From positions 11,047 to 75,046 of the IMG/VR virus record IMGVR_UViG_3300045988_101367: 64,000 bases of DNA; one strand, 5' to 3'. Positions 38,189 through 47,934 of this stretch are shown here, one piece after another. The translations under genes were made by a program, and so were the position numbers. The DNA is from a virus. The first letter of the stretch is position 1. The number at the start of each line of letters is the position of its first letter. Under the pieces are notes generated by a model that was not told where the DNA came from, did no database searches, and saw only the letters and a list, made by a program, of their open reading frames with translations.

Positions 38189-38569
38189 ATGAGAAGATTT
38201 AAATTTATATTAATATTATTATGTTTCTTATACGCTAAAAGTATTGCTCAAACTGTAACTCATGTAACTCTTACTTGTTATCAACCAGTAAAGAGTCAGT
38301 GTGATAATAAACCATTAGTTACAGCTGATGGTTCTAAAATAAATTTACACCATTTAAAACATAATAAAATTAAGTGGTGTGCTATATCTCGTGATTTACT
38401 TTATTTATTTCCAAAGAATAAACCTAAAAAAGTGTTTATAGAAGGATTTGGGATATATGAAGTTAGAGATATTACTAATAAACGATTTAAACATAGAGTC
38501 GATATATTAGTGCATCCAAAAAATTCAAAAAAGATTTTATTAAAAAATGTAAAAATTAAAATATTATAA
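38189..38569 (+). CDS. secreted protein (126 aa), possibly 3D-domain/RlpA-like peptidoglycan-binding
   Basis: Signal peptide MRRFKFILILLCFLYAKSIA. Segment TLTCYQPVKSQCDNKPLVTADGSKI weakly resembles a 3D-domain motif; low confidence. Confidence 0.4.
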   Translation: MRRFKFILILLCFLYAKSIAQTVTHVTLTCYQPVKSQCDNKPLVTADGSKINLHHLKHNKIKWCAISRDLLYLFPKNKPKKVFIEGFGIYEVRDITNKRFKHRVDILVHPKNSKKILLKNVKIKIL

Positions 38570-39075
38570 TGGAAGAAGTATGGAAAGACATTGAATGGCA
38601 TAAGGGAGCATATAAAATATCCAATTTAGGAAGAGTCTACTCTGTGCAAAGAAAAAAGATTAAAAATACTTTTATAGATAAAGGTGGATATGTGAGAGTG
38701 TAACTCTATCATAATTATACTCAAAAAAGATTTTTGGTACATCGCTTAGTAGCTGAAGCGTTTATACCTAACTCTAATAATTATCCACAAGTGAATCATA
38801 TAGTAAATAATTGTGTAGATAATTTAGAATGATGTACTAATAAGTATAATTGCAATTTTGGTACTAAACCTGAAAAATCTAGAAAAAATTCATCAAAGTT
38901 ACAGTTAAACAAAAGATCAGTAGCAATATATGATTCCGAAAATAATTATATAGATACTTGTAAAAGTATGATGGATGTTGCAAGAAAACTAAATTGTAGC
39001 TATTCAAATGTTCAATCTGTACTTTATGGTCGAACTAAAACTTGTAAAGGATATGTACTTAAATATACTGAATAA
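38569..39075 (+). pseudogene. NUMOD4/HNH_3-type homing endonuclease with in-frame TAA and TGA
   Basis: MEEVWKDIEWHKGAYKISNLGRVYSV...GYVRV-TAA-LYHNYTQKRFLVHRLVAEAFIPN...VDNLE-TGA-CTNKY...; the TGA sits at the conserved Trp of the NLEW motif. Confidence 0.5.
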
Positions 39076-39157
39076 AAGACATAAACATCGTATTAATACA
39101 CCCCAAAAATTCTAAACGAATCAGTATCAAACATGTAAAAGTTAAAATTCTTAAATA

Positions 39158-39586
39158 ATGTGTTTATATTTGCAATATAAAGAAGAATGTGTAACTACTT
39201 CTAACATATATGTATGGAAAGCTCTAATAAATTATGGTAGGTTCGGTTATTATTCACCAATATTTAATTATAGATATAATATAGGAGAAACTTATACATC
39301 ATACTTAGACCGAAATAAGAATAGTGTATCTGTAGATATAGGACTACATTCTTTTGGATATAATATAAAGATAGTAAGTCCTTATGCTGGAAGATATGAA
39401 TGTCGTGAAGATACACATAATAGTTTTGATATTGATGAATCTATTGATACTATAGGTTTATTTATAATTCCTGAAGGAAGTCACTATTATACTGATGGAT
39501 ATTTCTACGCAAGTGATACTTTAAAATTATTAAGAACTCTTCCAAAAAATAAATTTTTTAATTATATGATGAACAGACGACATTAA
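39158..39586 (+). CDS. hypothetical protein (142 aa)
   Basis: Track ORF. Confidence 0.4.
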   Translation: MCLYLQYKEECVTTSNIYVWKALINYGRFGYYSPIFNYRYNIGETYTSYLDRNKNSVSVDIGLHSFGYNIKIVSPYAGRYECREDTHNSFDIDESIDTIGLFIIPEGSHYYTDGYFYASDTLKLLRTLPKNKFFNYMMNRRH

Positions 39587-39688
39587 AAGAAATTATAGAA
39601 GCCTTTGATGGCAAGGAGAAAGGGACTAGTAAGTTTATCTTATTAGTCCCTATTTTTGTATTAACATTACTAATATTTATTAATTTAA

Positions 39689-39889
39689 ATGGTTAAGTAT
39701 AAAAAGTGTGGAGCATTACGAATTAGAATAGATGGTAATAAATGTATTGTAGTAAATCTTAAATTACCATCTATTACTAGTCGTAGTACTTCATATTTAG
39801 GGTTTTTAAGAGAAACTATTTTAGATAGTAATAAGCAAGAGTTTAATAATGCTGTAGAAACGATCTGTACTAGGATTAAATCTTTATAG
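39689..39889 (+). CDS. hypothetical protein (66 aa)
   Basis: Track ORF. Confidence 0.3.
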   Translation: MVKYKKCGALRIRIDGNKCIVVNLKLPSITSRSTSYLGFLRETILDSNKQEFNNAVETICTRIKSL

Positions 39890-39954
39890 TATTATATTAT
39901 CTTACTTATCATAACGTAGATGATTATTATAGAAAATTATTAATATGATTAAAT

Positions 39955-40137
39955 GTGTTTATTGATTTAACATTAGACAATGACAATATTAATAGAAGAT
40001 ATTTAATAGCCGTAGATGATATTTCCTTAGTAGAAGAAGTTGGTGAAAGCTCTTACATTATGTTAAAGAGTGGAGGCTGCTTATCTGTGAAGGAATCTAT
40101 TGATTATATAAAGTCTTTATTAAATGTTGTCAAGTGA
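39955..40137 (+). CDS. hypothetical protein (60 aa)
   Basis: Track ORF. Confidence 0.3.
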   Translation: MFIDLTLDNDNINRRYLIAVDDISLVEEVGESSYIMLKSGGCLSVKESIDYIKSLLNVVK

Positions 40138-40351
40138 TAAAGTAAATGTAAATTTAGGATGTGGAGGATGGGTTATTCCAGTAACTTTTATTATTTTATT
40201 AGTTGCTAAAGTTATTTTACATTCAGATATTTCATGGTTAGTTGTTTTTAGCCCATTCTTAATAGGAATAGGACTTATAATTATACTCTGTATTATATTG
40301 CTAATTTTATATTGTATACCTGATGGAAAATTTAACAGATATTATAAGTGA
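40124..40351 (+). CDS. small membrane protein (75 aa)
   Basis: Two hydrophobic helices. Confidence 0.35.
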   Translation: MLSSDKVNVNLGCGGWVIPVTFIILLVAKVILHSDISWLVVFSPFLIGIGLIIILCIILLILYCIPDGKFNRYYK

Positions 40352-40387
40352 TCTAGATGATTATTGGAATGATCTAGAAGCAGACTA

Positions 40388-40573
40388 TTGGAATTCCTTA
40401 GAAAAAGAAGGATTATGAATTCAGATACTCTTGAAATAAAAGTAAATAAAGCTTGGAAAACATTAATTGCAGAGTCTCCTATATATCTATTAATGTTTAA
40501 TAGAGAGTTAGGAAAGTGTAAAGACTTTTTTATTCTAGGATATTATACAGCAATTAGGGATTCTCACTTATGA
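40388..40573 (+). CDS. hypothetical protein (61 aa)
   Basis: Track ORF. Confidence 0.3.
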   Translation: MEFLRKRRIMNSDTLEIKVNKAWKTLIAESPIYLLMFNRELGKCKDFFILGYYTAIRDSHL

Positions 40574-40797
40574 ATTATCAAAAAGCTAATCAAGTATCTT
40601 TATTAGTAGAATTAGTTAAATCTTCTGAAATAGTGTCTAAAGAATATTCTGAAGCACATATACCAGAAGATTTAATTTCTAATATAAAGATATTGTGTAT
40701 GAAAGATAGCAGTTTTAGAAGAAGTTTCTATAGTATAATGCAAAAACTTGGAAAGAAATATTCAGATATTTATATAAATAAATTATCAGCATTATAA
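40570..40797 (+). CDS. hypothetical protein (75 aa)
   Basis: Track ORF. Confidence 0.3.
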   Translation: MNYQKANQVSLLVELVKSSEIVSKEYSEAHIPEDLISNIKILCMKDSSFRRSFYSIMQKLGKKYSDIYINKLSAL

Positions 40798-40896
40798 ACT
40801 TAGTTTGTTTGAAATTAATAAAGCGAATCTTAACTCATAAGTATTATGTTGCTAAATATTGCTTTCAAATAGGATTATATTGGCAAGGTATTACTC

Positions 40897-41196
40897 ATGA
40901 TTTGTCTAAATTTAGTTTTACAGAATTTTCAAGAGCTATTAAGTATTGGGATACATTCCTTAGATAATGGAGAAATTCCTGCTAAAATGCCTAAAAAATA
41001 TGTTCTAGAACTTATATGTGATTATTTAGCAGCAGCTAAAACATATGGAGCTGACCCTAGAAGAGAATATACATGGTGGCTTAAACAACAGCCTCATATG
41101 AAAATCCACAAAAAAACTAAGAGTTATATAACTGAAGTGTTTTATAAATATAGTATAGGTTTAACATTAAAAGAATCAATTAATGGAAATTATTAA
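40897..41196 (+). CDS. hypothetical protein (99 aa)
   Basis: Track ORF. Confidence 0.35.
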   Translation: MICLNLVLQNFQELLSIGIHSLDNGEIPAKMPKKYVLELICDYLAAAKTYGADPRREYTWWLKQQPHMKIHKKTKSYITEVFYKYSIGLTLKESINGNY

Positions 41197-42473
41197 TGCA
41201 ACTGATGGCTACAAGCTTGGTCATCATCGTATGTACCCAGAGGGTACACAAATGGTCTATAGTAATTGGACTCCTAGAAGTAATCGTTACTTCCCAGAAG
41301 CTACAGAAGGTTCTGTAGTATTTGGTATTCAGTACTTTGTAAAGAAGTATTTGATAGAGGAATTTAACAAATGGTTTGCTCTTCCTAAGGAAGAAGCTAT
41401 TAAGCAATTTGCTTATCGTGTAGGCAACTTTGTAGACCTTAATCAGGTTGGAACAAAACATATTGAAGAACTTTATGATTTGGGGTATCTTCCTATTGAA
41501 ATTAAAGCTCTTCCTGAAGGTTCTATCTGCCCTATAAGAGTGCCTATGATGACTATTAAGAACACTCTTCCTGATTTCTTCTGGTTGACTAATTACTTGG
41601 AAACTTTAATTAGTTGTACTCTATGGCTCCCTTGTACTTCTGCAACAAGTGCTCGTCTTTATAAGAAGAGACTTATAGAACATGCTAGAAAGACTGGATT
41701 CCCAGAGGAAGTAAATCTAGGTTTCTCTTGTCACGATTTCTCAATGAGAGGTATGGCAGGACTTGATGCTGCTATTATCTCTGGTATGGCTCATATGACT
41801 TCATTCTGTGGTAGTGAAACAATTCCTGCTATTGAAGCAGTAGAACATTATTACAATGCAAATGTTACTGAAGAACTTGTAGCTGCAACTGTTCCGGCTT
41901 CAGAACATTCAGTAATGTGCGCAGGAGGTGAGGATGGTGAGATTGAAACATACCGCCGTCTTATTAATGACCTATATCCAACAGGTATTATCTCAATAGT
42001 ATCTGATACTTGGGATTTTTGGCAGGTAGTTGAGAAATTCTTGCCTAAGCTTAAGGCAGATATTATGAAACGTGTTGGTCGAGTAGTAATTCGTCCTGAT
42101 AGTGGTGATCCAGTAGACATTATTTGTGGTCTTCGTACAAATCCTCACTATCATACTGCTATGAAAGAAGGTAAGTATTACTGTGATTTTAATCCATTTA
42201 TGGACGATGATGAAAATCATTATGTAGAAGTATCTGAAGGTCAGTACTATGGAGCATATTATATGCTAGGAAAAATCTTTGGATGGAATACTACTGTAAA
42301 TGACTATCGTTATCCAAGTACCAAGGTTGGATTACTTTATGGAGATTCTATTACTCTGGAGCGTCAGCGTGATATCTATGCTAGATTGGAAAACGCTCAT
42401 ATGGCAGCTTGTAATCTTGTTCTAGGTATTGGATCTTATACTTATCAGTTTAAGAGTAGGGATTCACTTGGCT
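41183..42473 (+). CDS. nicotinamide phosphoribosyltransferase-like enzyme (NAMPT family; Namat-type candidate), exon 1
   Basis: N-terminus MEIINATDGYKLGHHRMYPEGTQMVYSNWTPRS matches the NAMPT start (…[23 protein letters not shown]…). The frame stops 7 codons after ...SRDSLG inside the intron. Confidence 0.65.
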
Positions 42474-42686
42474 TAACTGCGAGGCCCTTTATATAGTAAT
42501 GTATATCGAATAACCGGAAGAATTGCTGGGAAGAGTTTGTTAATTCTTAATCAGCAGCCGAGCCACAGGGAAGACTGAGGAAGGTTCAGAGACTAAGGAC
42601 ACTACGGTGAGCCTACAGCCTCCGGAATCCCTAAATATAGGGATTATGATATAGTCCATAAAAATTAACATAATTTAGCTTTTATG
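42474..42686 (+). mobile_element. group I self-splicing intron (IA2-like core, no ORF), 213 nt
   Basis: Contains P (ccggaagaattgctgggaagag), Q (aatcagcagcc), R (ggttcagagactaa) and S (gatatagtcc) consensus-like elements. 5' exon ...cttggcU can pair with gaGGCC (P1 with U-G at the splice site). Intron ends in G before tcgcag...; splicing restores the NAMPT C-terminus in frame. Confidence 0.65.
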
Positions 42687-42949
42687 TCGCAGTAAAAGCA
42701 ACTGCTTGTATAATTAATGGAAAGCTTATAGAAATCTATAAGCATCCAAAGACTGATGATGGAACAAAGAACTCTCTCAAAGGTCTTATTAGAATTGAAG
42801 AAGAGAATGGTAAGTATGTCGCTTATGACCAGCAGACTAAGGATGCAGAACTGCAAGGTTGTCTTAAAACAGTCTTTGTAGATGGAGAATTAGTAAGAGA
42901 ATATTCTCTTTCTGAGATTCGTGAACGTGTAAATTCAACATTAGTATGA
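42687..42949 (+). CDS. NAMPT-family enzyme, exon 2 (C-terminal 87 aa)
   Basis: …FAVKATACIINGKLIEIYKHPKTDDGTKNSLKGLIRIE…CLKTVFVDGELVREYSLSEIRERV aligns with the NAMPT C-terminus (…[29 protein letters not shown]…[21 protein letters not shown]). Confidence 0.6.
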
Positions 42950-43440
42950 TAGAAATTGTTAATGGAGATTTACTTCAGTCAAATTTACCTCTTATAGCCC
43001 ATCAAACTAATTGTTTAGGAGTAATGGGGGCAGGTATAGCTAAGGCTATTAAAAATAAATGGAATAGCGTATATACACGATATGCCAATTATTGTAAATA
43101 TTTTAAATATTCTAAAGAATTATTAGGGAAATGTCAAGTATGTATAACAGGAGATGAACCTATTAATCTCGTAGCTAATTTATTTGGAGAATATTCTTTT
43201 ACTGAATCAGTAGCTCCCTATGAAAATAGACATACTGATTATGATGCTCTTAAAAAAGCTTTATTAGATTTAAAAGACTTTTGTAAAGATAACGAGATTA
43301 CAGAGATAGGCATTCCTTATAAATTAGGATGTGGATTAGCAGGAGGAGATTGGGACGGAGTAGTTTATCCTATGCTCCAAGAACTTTTTGCTAATGATTT
43401 AACAATAACCCTTTATATTTATAAATTATGCAACAATTAA
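42946..43440 (+). CDS. macro domain protein (ADP-ribose binding/processing)
   Basis: GDLLQSNLPLIAHQTNCLGVMGAGIAKAIKNKW matches the macro-domain GDIT…VNAAN…GGGVxGAI pattern. Confidence 0.55.
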   Translation: MIEIVNGDLLQSNLPLIAHQTNCLGVMGAGIAKAIKNKWNSVYTRYANYCKYFKYSKELLGKCQVCITGDEPINLVANLFGEYSFTESVAPYENRHTDYDALKKALLDLKDFCKDNEITEIGIPYKLGCGLAGGDWDGVVYPMLQELFANDLTITLYIYKLCNN

Positions 43441-44237
43441 ATTTAGTACATTTAGAAGATAGTGATATTAAGTATTCTATCTCTAGATTCCCTGATGGAG
43501 AAGTTCAAATTTCATTAGAAGAATTCAGTCATAAGGAGCAAGTATTAGTTAACTGTAGAGTTACTAATGCTGAAGACTTATTTATACTTATACAAGTTTT
43601 AGATATTCTTGATAGACATGAAGTTCTGTATAAGTTAAATATCTATTACTTAATGAGTATGAGAATGGATAGAGTAATGGATTTCAATAGACCATTCACT
43701 TTAAAAATAGTCTTAAACATATTAAAAAATTGTAATGCAGAGACTATTGAAATTTTAGAACCTCATTCTGATGTTTATTATGATCCTAGATTCGGAGTTA
43801 AATTTATGCCTCTCTATAGTGAAAAGAATCCATCTAATAATACTTGGAAAGAATTTCAATTAGTTTTCCCAGATGCTGGAGCTGTAAAGAGAAATGAATT
43901 CAGATATAATCGCGTAGGAATTACTTGTAGTAAAGTCCGAGATTTAACTACTGGAAAAATCTTAGAGATTAAAATAGATAATCCTGAAAATATACAGGAT
44001 AAACCTCTGTTAATTCTTGATGATTTATGTGATGGTGGTGGAACCTTCTGTGGTATTGCTAAAGCATTTAATGCTTTAGGTATTTCTAAAGAGCGTTTAA
44101 ATATTGCAGTTACTCATATGGTAAATTCTAAGGGTATAAAGAATCTGTCAGAAAATTTTAATCACGTATGGTTTACTAATTCTTATAAAGACTGGGACAA
44201 TCTTCCTGAGAATGTTACAATGTTTAAGGTTATCTAA
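43428..44237 (+). CDS. ribose-phosphate pyrophosphokinase (PRPP synthetase) family enzyme; Adps-type candidate
   Basis: FPDGE (cf. Prs FSDGE), PDAG and the PRPP-binding loop DDLCDGGGT (cf. DDMIDTGGT). Confidence 0.65.
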   Translation: MQQLNLVHLEDSDIKYSISRFPDGEVQISLEEFSHKEQVLVNCRVTNAEDLFILIQVLDILDRHEVLYKLNIYYLMSMRMDRVMDFNRPFTLKIVLNILKNCNAETIEILEPHSDVYYDPRFGVKFMPLYSEKNPSNNTWKEFQLVFPDAGAVKRNEFRYNRVGITCSKVRDLTTGKILEIKIDNPENIQDKPLLILDDLCDGGGTFCGIAKAFNALGISKERLNIAVTHMVNSKGIKNLSENFNHVWFTNSYKDWDNLPENVTMFKVI

Positions 44238-44378
44238 TGTATATTTTGGGACTTATTATAACTATTATTTTGGTAATAATTATAATTGATCCAAGATTAG
44301 ATATTACAGATAACCAATGTATATTGTGGTATTCAAATTTAGAAGGAGAACGTTGTTATTTAATACTTTGGAATAAAA

Positions 44379-44705
44379 ATGATCATTATAAATAAAAATG
44401 AATTAGATCCTAACTTAATTCATGACATTAATTTGGAGTTAGAAGCATTATTTACAGATAATAGAACTTGGGAAATTAGTTCTAGTACTGGAGATTTAGA
44501 TGATGCTTCAGATATACGAATTGTTATTAAAGGTGAGGGACACTGTTATATTTCCACAACAGAGGATACTGAAGAGTATGTTAGGGATTTATTAAATGGT
44601 TATAGAAAAGCTCATAGTTTTAATACTTTTTGTATGTCTACAACGTATTTTGATCCTGAAAAGAACGGAATAGTATTTGAATATGCAAATTACATATCTT
44701 TATAA
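44379..44705 (+). CDS. hypothetical acidic protein (108 aa)
   Basis: Track ORF. Confidence 0.4.
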   Translation: MIIINKNELDPNLIHDINLELEALFTDNRTWEISSSTGDLDDASDIRIVIKGEGHCYISTTEDTEEYVRDLLNGYRKAHSFNTFCMSTTYFDPEKNGIVFEYANYISL

Positions 44706-44707
44706 CT

Positions 44708-45121
44708 ATGTTACAGATTTATACTGATGGTGCTTATAAATCTTCTATTGACCAGGGAGGTATTGGAATAGTATGGATGAAGGATGATGAAGTATTTAAA
44801 AAATACTCTAAAGGCTTTAAACATACTACTAATAATAAAATGGAATTAATTGCTATGCTATGTGCTTTTAAGTCCATTAAAACTCCAATAGATGAAGTAG
44901 AATTTATAAGTGACAGTCAATATGTATTAGGATGTCTTACTAAAGGATGGAAGAAAAAAAAGAATGTAGAGCTCTGGAATATTTTAGATAAAGAATATGA
45001 AAGAGTTAAATCTTTAATAAAAAATATTAAATTTACCCATGTTAGGGGACATCAAGATTGTTTTGGTAATAATCTAGCGGATGAATTAGCTAGTAATGCT
45101 AGTTTAGAATTATTAGAATAA
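44708..45121 (+). CDS. ribonuclease H (RNase HI type)
   Basis: IYTDGA…GGIGIV…NNKMELIA…SDSQYV…THVRGHQD…NNLADELA follows the RNase HI catalytic motif order. Confidence 0.7.
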   Translation: MLQIYTDGAYKSSIDQGGIGIVWMKDDEVFKKYSKGFKHTTNNKMELIAMLCAFKSIKTPIDEVEFISDSQYVLGCLTKGWKKKKNVELWNILDKEYERVKSLIKNIKFTHVRGHQDCFGNNLADELASNASLELLE

Positions 45122-45336
45122 TGTATTTAGTTATATCAATAATAATTGTTGCAGGTATGGCTATTTATATTGGATCTGCATTTGCTGTTATAGACAGATG
45201 GACTGAAATTAATGTTCCTACTAATATAATAACAATATTAATATTAGTATGTCCAATTATAAATACGTTATTAGCACTGTATTACCTGTATCCTGAGTTA
45301 ACAGAAACTTTAAGTAAAATTTTTAAAAATAATTAA
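45121..45336 (+). CDS. small membrane protein (71 aa)
   Basis: Two hydrophobic helices. Confidence 0.35.
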   Translation: MYLVISIIIVAGMAIYIGSAFAVIDRWTEINVPTNIITILILVCPIINTLLALYYLYPELTETLSKIFKNN

Positions 45337-45338
45337 TT

Positions 45339-45518
45339 ATGGCTAAAGAAATTGTAAAAGCAACAGTGGATACTATTACTATTTATTGTACTACTGGTGG
45401 TAAAATTGCGGTAAAACGTAGTGACCGATTAAAACCAAGTAGATATTTCGATGATATCAAAGATGCTCGTAAGTATGCTGATGAGCACTTTGAAGGTAAT
45501 GTCTCAGAGTCTCTCTAA
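45339..45518 (+). CDS. small hypothetical protein (59 aa)
   Basis: MAKEIVKATVDTITIYCTTGGKIAVKRSDRLKPSRYFDDIKDARKYADEHFEGNVSESL. Confidence 0.3.
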   Translation: MAKEIVKATVDTITIYCTTGGKIAVKRSDRLKPSRYFDDIKDARKYADEHFEGNVSESL

Positions 45519-45795
45519 GACATTTTCATTTCTAGAGTGGTAAATTGTTCATGATTCTAAATTTAGAAGTTTGTAGGCTATTCTAGATGTGTCTATGACT
45601 AAATTATGGTATTTTACCTAGATAATTTTAATATTACACAGATGATTAATTTTCTTTTAATTTTCAATTCTAGTTAAAATGAAGTATAAGGCAAAGCTTG
45701 AAAGACTTCGTCAGAAGCAGGTATGGTGGGATAAGCTCCCTCAAACAGTAAAGAATGCAACAACAAGACCTGGTGGTATTGGATCAAAGTAATCT

Positions 45796-46113
45796 ATGAT
45801 AATTAAAGAGTCTGATTTTGAATTAAGATCTTCAACAAATGATGAAAGTTGTCCTCATTGGGATTTATATATTATGAAGACCATTAATGCCAAATCTAAA
45901 ACTAGAGAGGCTAGAGAGGAACTTACTTTAGCAGGATATGGATTAACCTTATCTGGAGCTATGGCATCAATTGCTAGATATAGAGTAGCTAAAGCTAATT
46001 CTGAAAAGGCTTTTACTATGCAACAATATTTAGATTCCTATACAAAAGAACTTCATAGATTATATGATATTGTGGGGGAAACTCCTAACAATACTACTTT
46101 GATGGAGGAATGA
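45796..46113 (+). CDS. hypothetical protein (105 aa)
   Basis: Track ORF. Confidence 0.4.
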   Translation: MIIKESDFELRSSTNDESCPHWDLYIMKTINAKSKTREAREELTLAGYGLTLSGAMASIARYRVAKANSEKAFTMQQYLDSYTKELHRLYDIVGETPNNTTLMEE

Positions 46114-46379
46114 TTAAGTCCATTCCTATAACTACTTGGAGAGACGAACATCATAGAGATATTACAGTTTCTAAGATGTTCGTTTATGAACTTACAGCAT
46201 ATACTCACTATAAAGATAGAGAGGAATTGCTAGGTAGCAAGTTTATATCTTCAAGTAAACCTCTTAAAGAGAGGATACAAGTTACTAAAAAAATTGGATA
46301 CAGAATTATAAAATCCATTGACTTAGTATCAGCTCCTCTAGATTATATTATTAATAATTCCAAATTTAAAAAATTATGA
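46110..46379 (+). CDS. hypothetical protein (89 aa)
   Basis: Track ORF. Confidence 0.4.
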   Translation: MIKSIPITTWRDEHHRDITVSKMFVYELTAYTHYKDREELLGSKFISSSKPLKERIQVTKKIGYRIIKSIDLVSAPLDYIINNSKFKKL

Positions 46380-46798
46380 CAAACACTAAACAGAAACTTG
46401 TAGATTACAGAGAAGGTAGTTTTGTAGACTTTGAAGGTAAAGATCATTACTTTGTAGTATGCGCTGTTCTTAGAGAAAGTGCTGTATTTGAAAATCCTAC
46501 TAGAATTCTTAGTTTTGGAGTATCTTTCTGTAATCCGGTAGATAAACACAACAACGAACTTGGTAAGAAAATTGCTTATGGTAAAAGTATTAGTGATAGA
46601 AATACCAACGTACTATTAGGTAGAGCAGGACTTCTTAATATTGAGACTGTAAAATATATACTTGATAATGAAGTTAATCACGTAAAACAATATCCTGAGC
46701 AGTATAGTGTGGCATATGCCAAAGCTAAAGATAAATATGAAAAAGATAAAGCTTTAGCTCAAAAAGCAGCTTTATATAATAAGGCAGTAGCAGATTAA
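46376..46798 (+). CDS. hypothetical protein (140 aa)
   Basis: Track ORF; GVSFCNPVDKHNNELGKKIAYGK motif, family not recognised. Confidence 0.4.
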   Translation: MTNTKQKLVDYREGSFVDFEGKDHYFVVCAVLRESAVFENPTRILSFGVSFCNPVDKHNNELGKKIAYGKSISDRNTNVLLGRAGLLNIETVKYILDNEVNHVKQYPEQYSVAYAKAKDKYEKDKALAQKAALYNKAVAD

Positions 46799-47371
46799 TG
46801 AAACTTTTAGATAGATTAATTTTAATATTAATTTTTATTACTATTATAGGAGCTACTATCTTTTTATATAAAGGGTTTAAATCTATTACTGTAATGCCTA
46901 CAGATACCTTAGAAAGAAAAATAGACTCATTAAATAGTAAGAAAAATTCTATTAAAGTTGATATCAATAAGTGTGATACTGCTATCTACTATAATAAAAC
47001 TATCTATGTTAAAGAGAAGGACAATATTATTAAGCAGTCTCCTGATAGCGACATGCAGTTTTTCACAAACTACATTCAAGAAGTCGGGAGAAAACTTCTT
47101 ATTGACACCGTATCAATTAAAAATAACTAATCTTATTTTTAATGAGCATAAATATTTACTAGTAAATGATAGTCTACAAAAAATTCAAATAAATAACTAC
47201 AAATCTTTAGTAAATACGCTGGATAGTACGCTAACATATAAAAATTATCAAATAAAGATTCAATCTGATAAAAATAATGAATTGTATATACAAAATAAAA
47301 AATTATCAAAATTGAATTATTTATTTGGAGGTATAAGTATATTATCTATAATATGTGCTCTAATACATTAG
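46798..47371 (+). CDS. membrane-anchored protein; apparent +1 frame change within T5 run 47059-47063
   Basis: Track ORFs 46798-47130 and 46958-47371 overlap in different frames. Each is protein-like on its own side of a gtttttc run, and removing one T joins them into a ~190-aa protein with N- and C-terminal hydrophobic segments. Confidence 0.35.
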
Positions 47372-47520
47372 ATACTTGCATAAAGGATACTGACGGTAAG
47401 AAATTTAAATTTCCAGATAGAGATTGTAAGAATTGTAAAAGATATAAATGCTTAGTAAATATGGACATGCTTAAATGTAATTTTGCTAAGTATGGATGCA
47501 GAAATTATAATCCTAGATAA
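47353..47520 (+). CDS. small Cys-rich protein (55 aa)
   Basis: MCSNTLDTCIKDTDGKKFKFPDRDCKNCKRYKCLVNMDMLKCNFAKYGCRNYNPR. Confidence 0.3.
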   Translation: MCSNTLDTCIKDTDGKKFKFPDRDCKNCKRYKCLVNMDMLKCNFAKYGCRNYNPR

Positions 47521-47579
47521 CTAAAATTACTAAAAATTGATAAATAATATTTACGCCTTGAAAAAGGATTACCATATTA

Positions 47580-47918
47580 TTGAGGAAATTTATTTATCAA
47601 TTAATGGTTGTTTATAGTAAATTACTTGAGAAATTTAATGATAGCTTAGGCTATGTGATATATGTATTCGAATTGTTAGATAATGAGGATAAGCTTAGAG
47701 AAAAGACTAAATACCTTATGTGTACTCAACCTCCTAATTGGAGCGCTGCTACTATAAATTATGGGGATATTGGTTATCTCGAAGTGAAGCCTGTAATAGC
47801 AGGGATAGATGAATGGTACAATGGAGACACACAACAGAAATACAGATATAATAATGTCTGGTTTATTAAGTTTGTCCCTCAGAGACCTAAAAACGTAGAT
47901 GATATAATAATACAATAA
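47580..47918 (+). CDS. hypothetical protein (112 aa)
   Basis: Track ORF. Confidence 0.4.
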   Translation: MRKFIYQLMVVYSKLLEKFNDSLGYVIYVFELLDNEDKLREKTKYLMCTQPPNWSAATINYGDIGYLEVKPVIAGIDEWYNGDTQQKYRYNNVWFIKFVPQRPKNVDDIIIQ

Positions 47919-47934
47919 ATAATCTTTAAGATTT

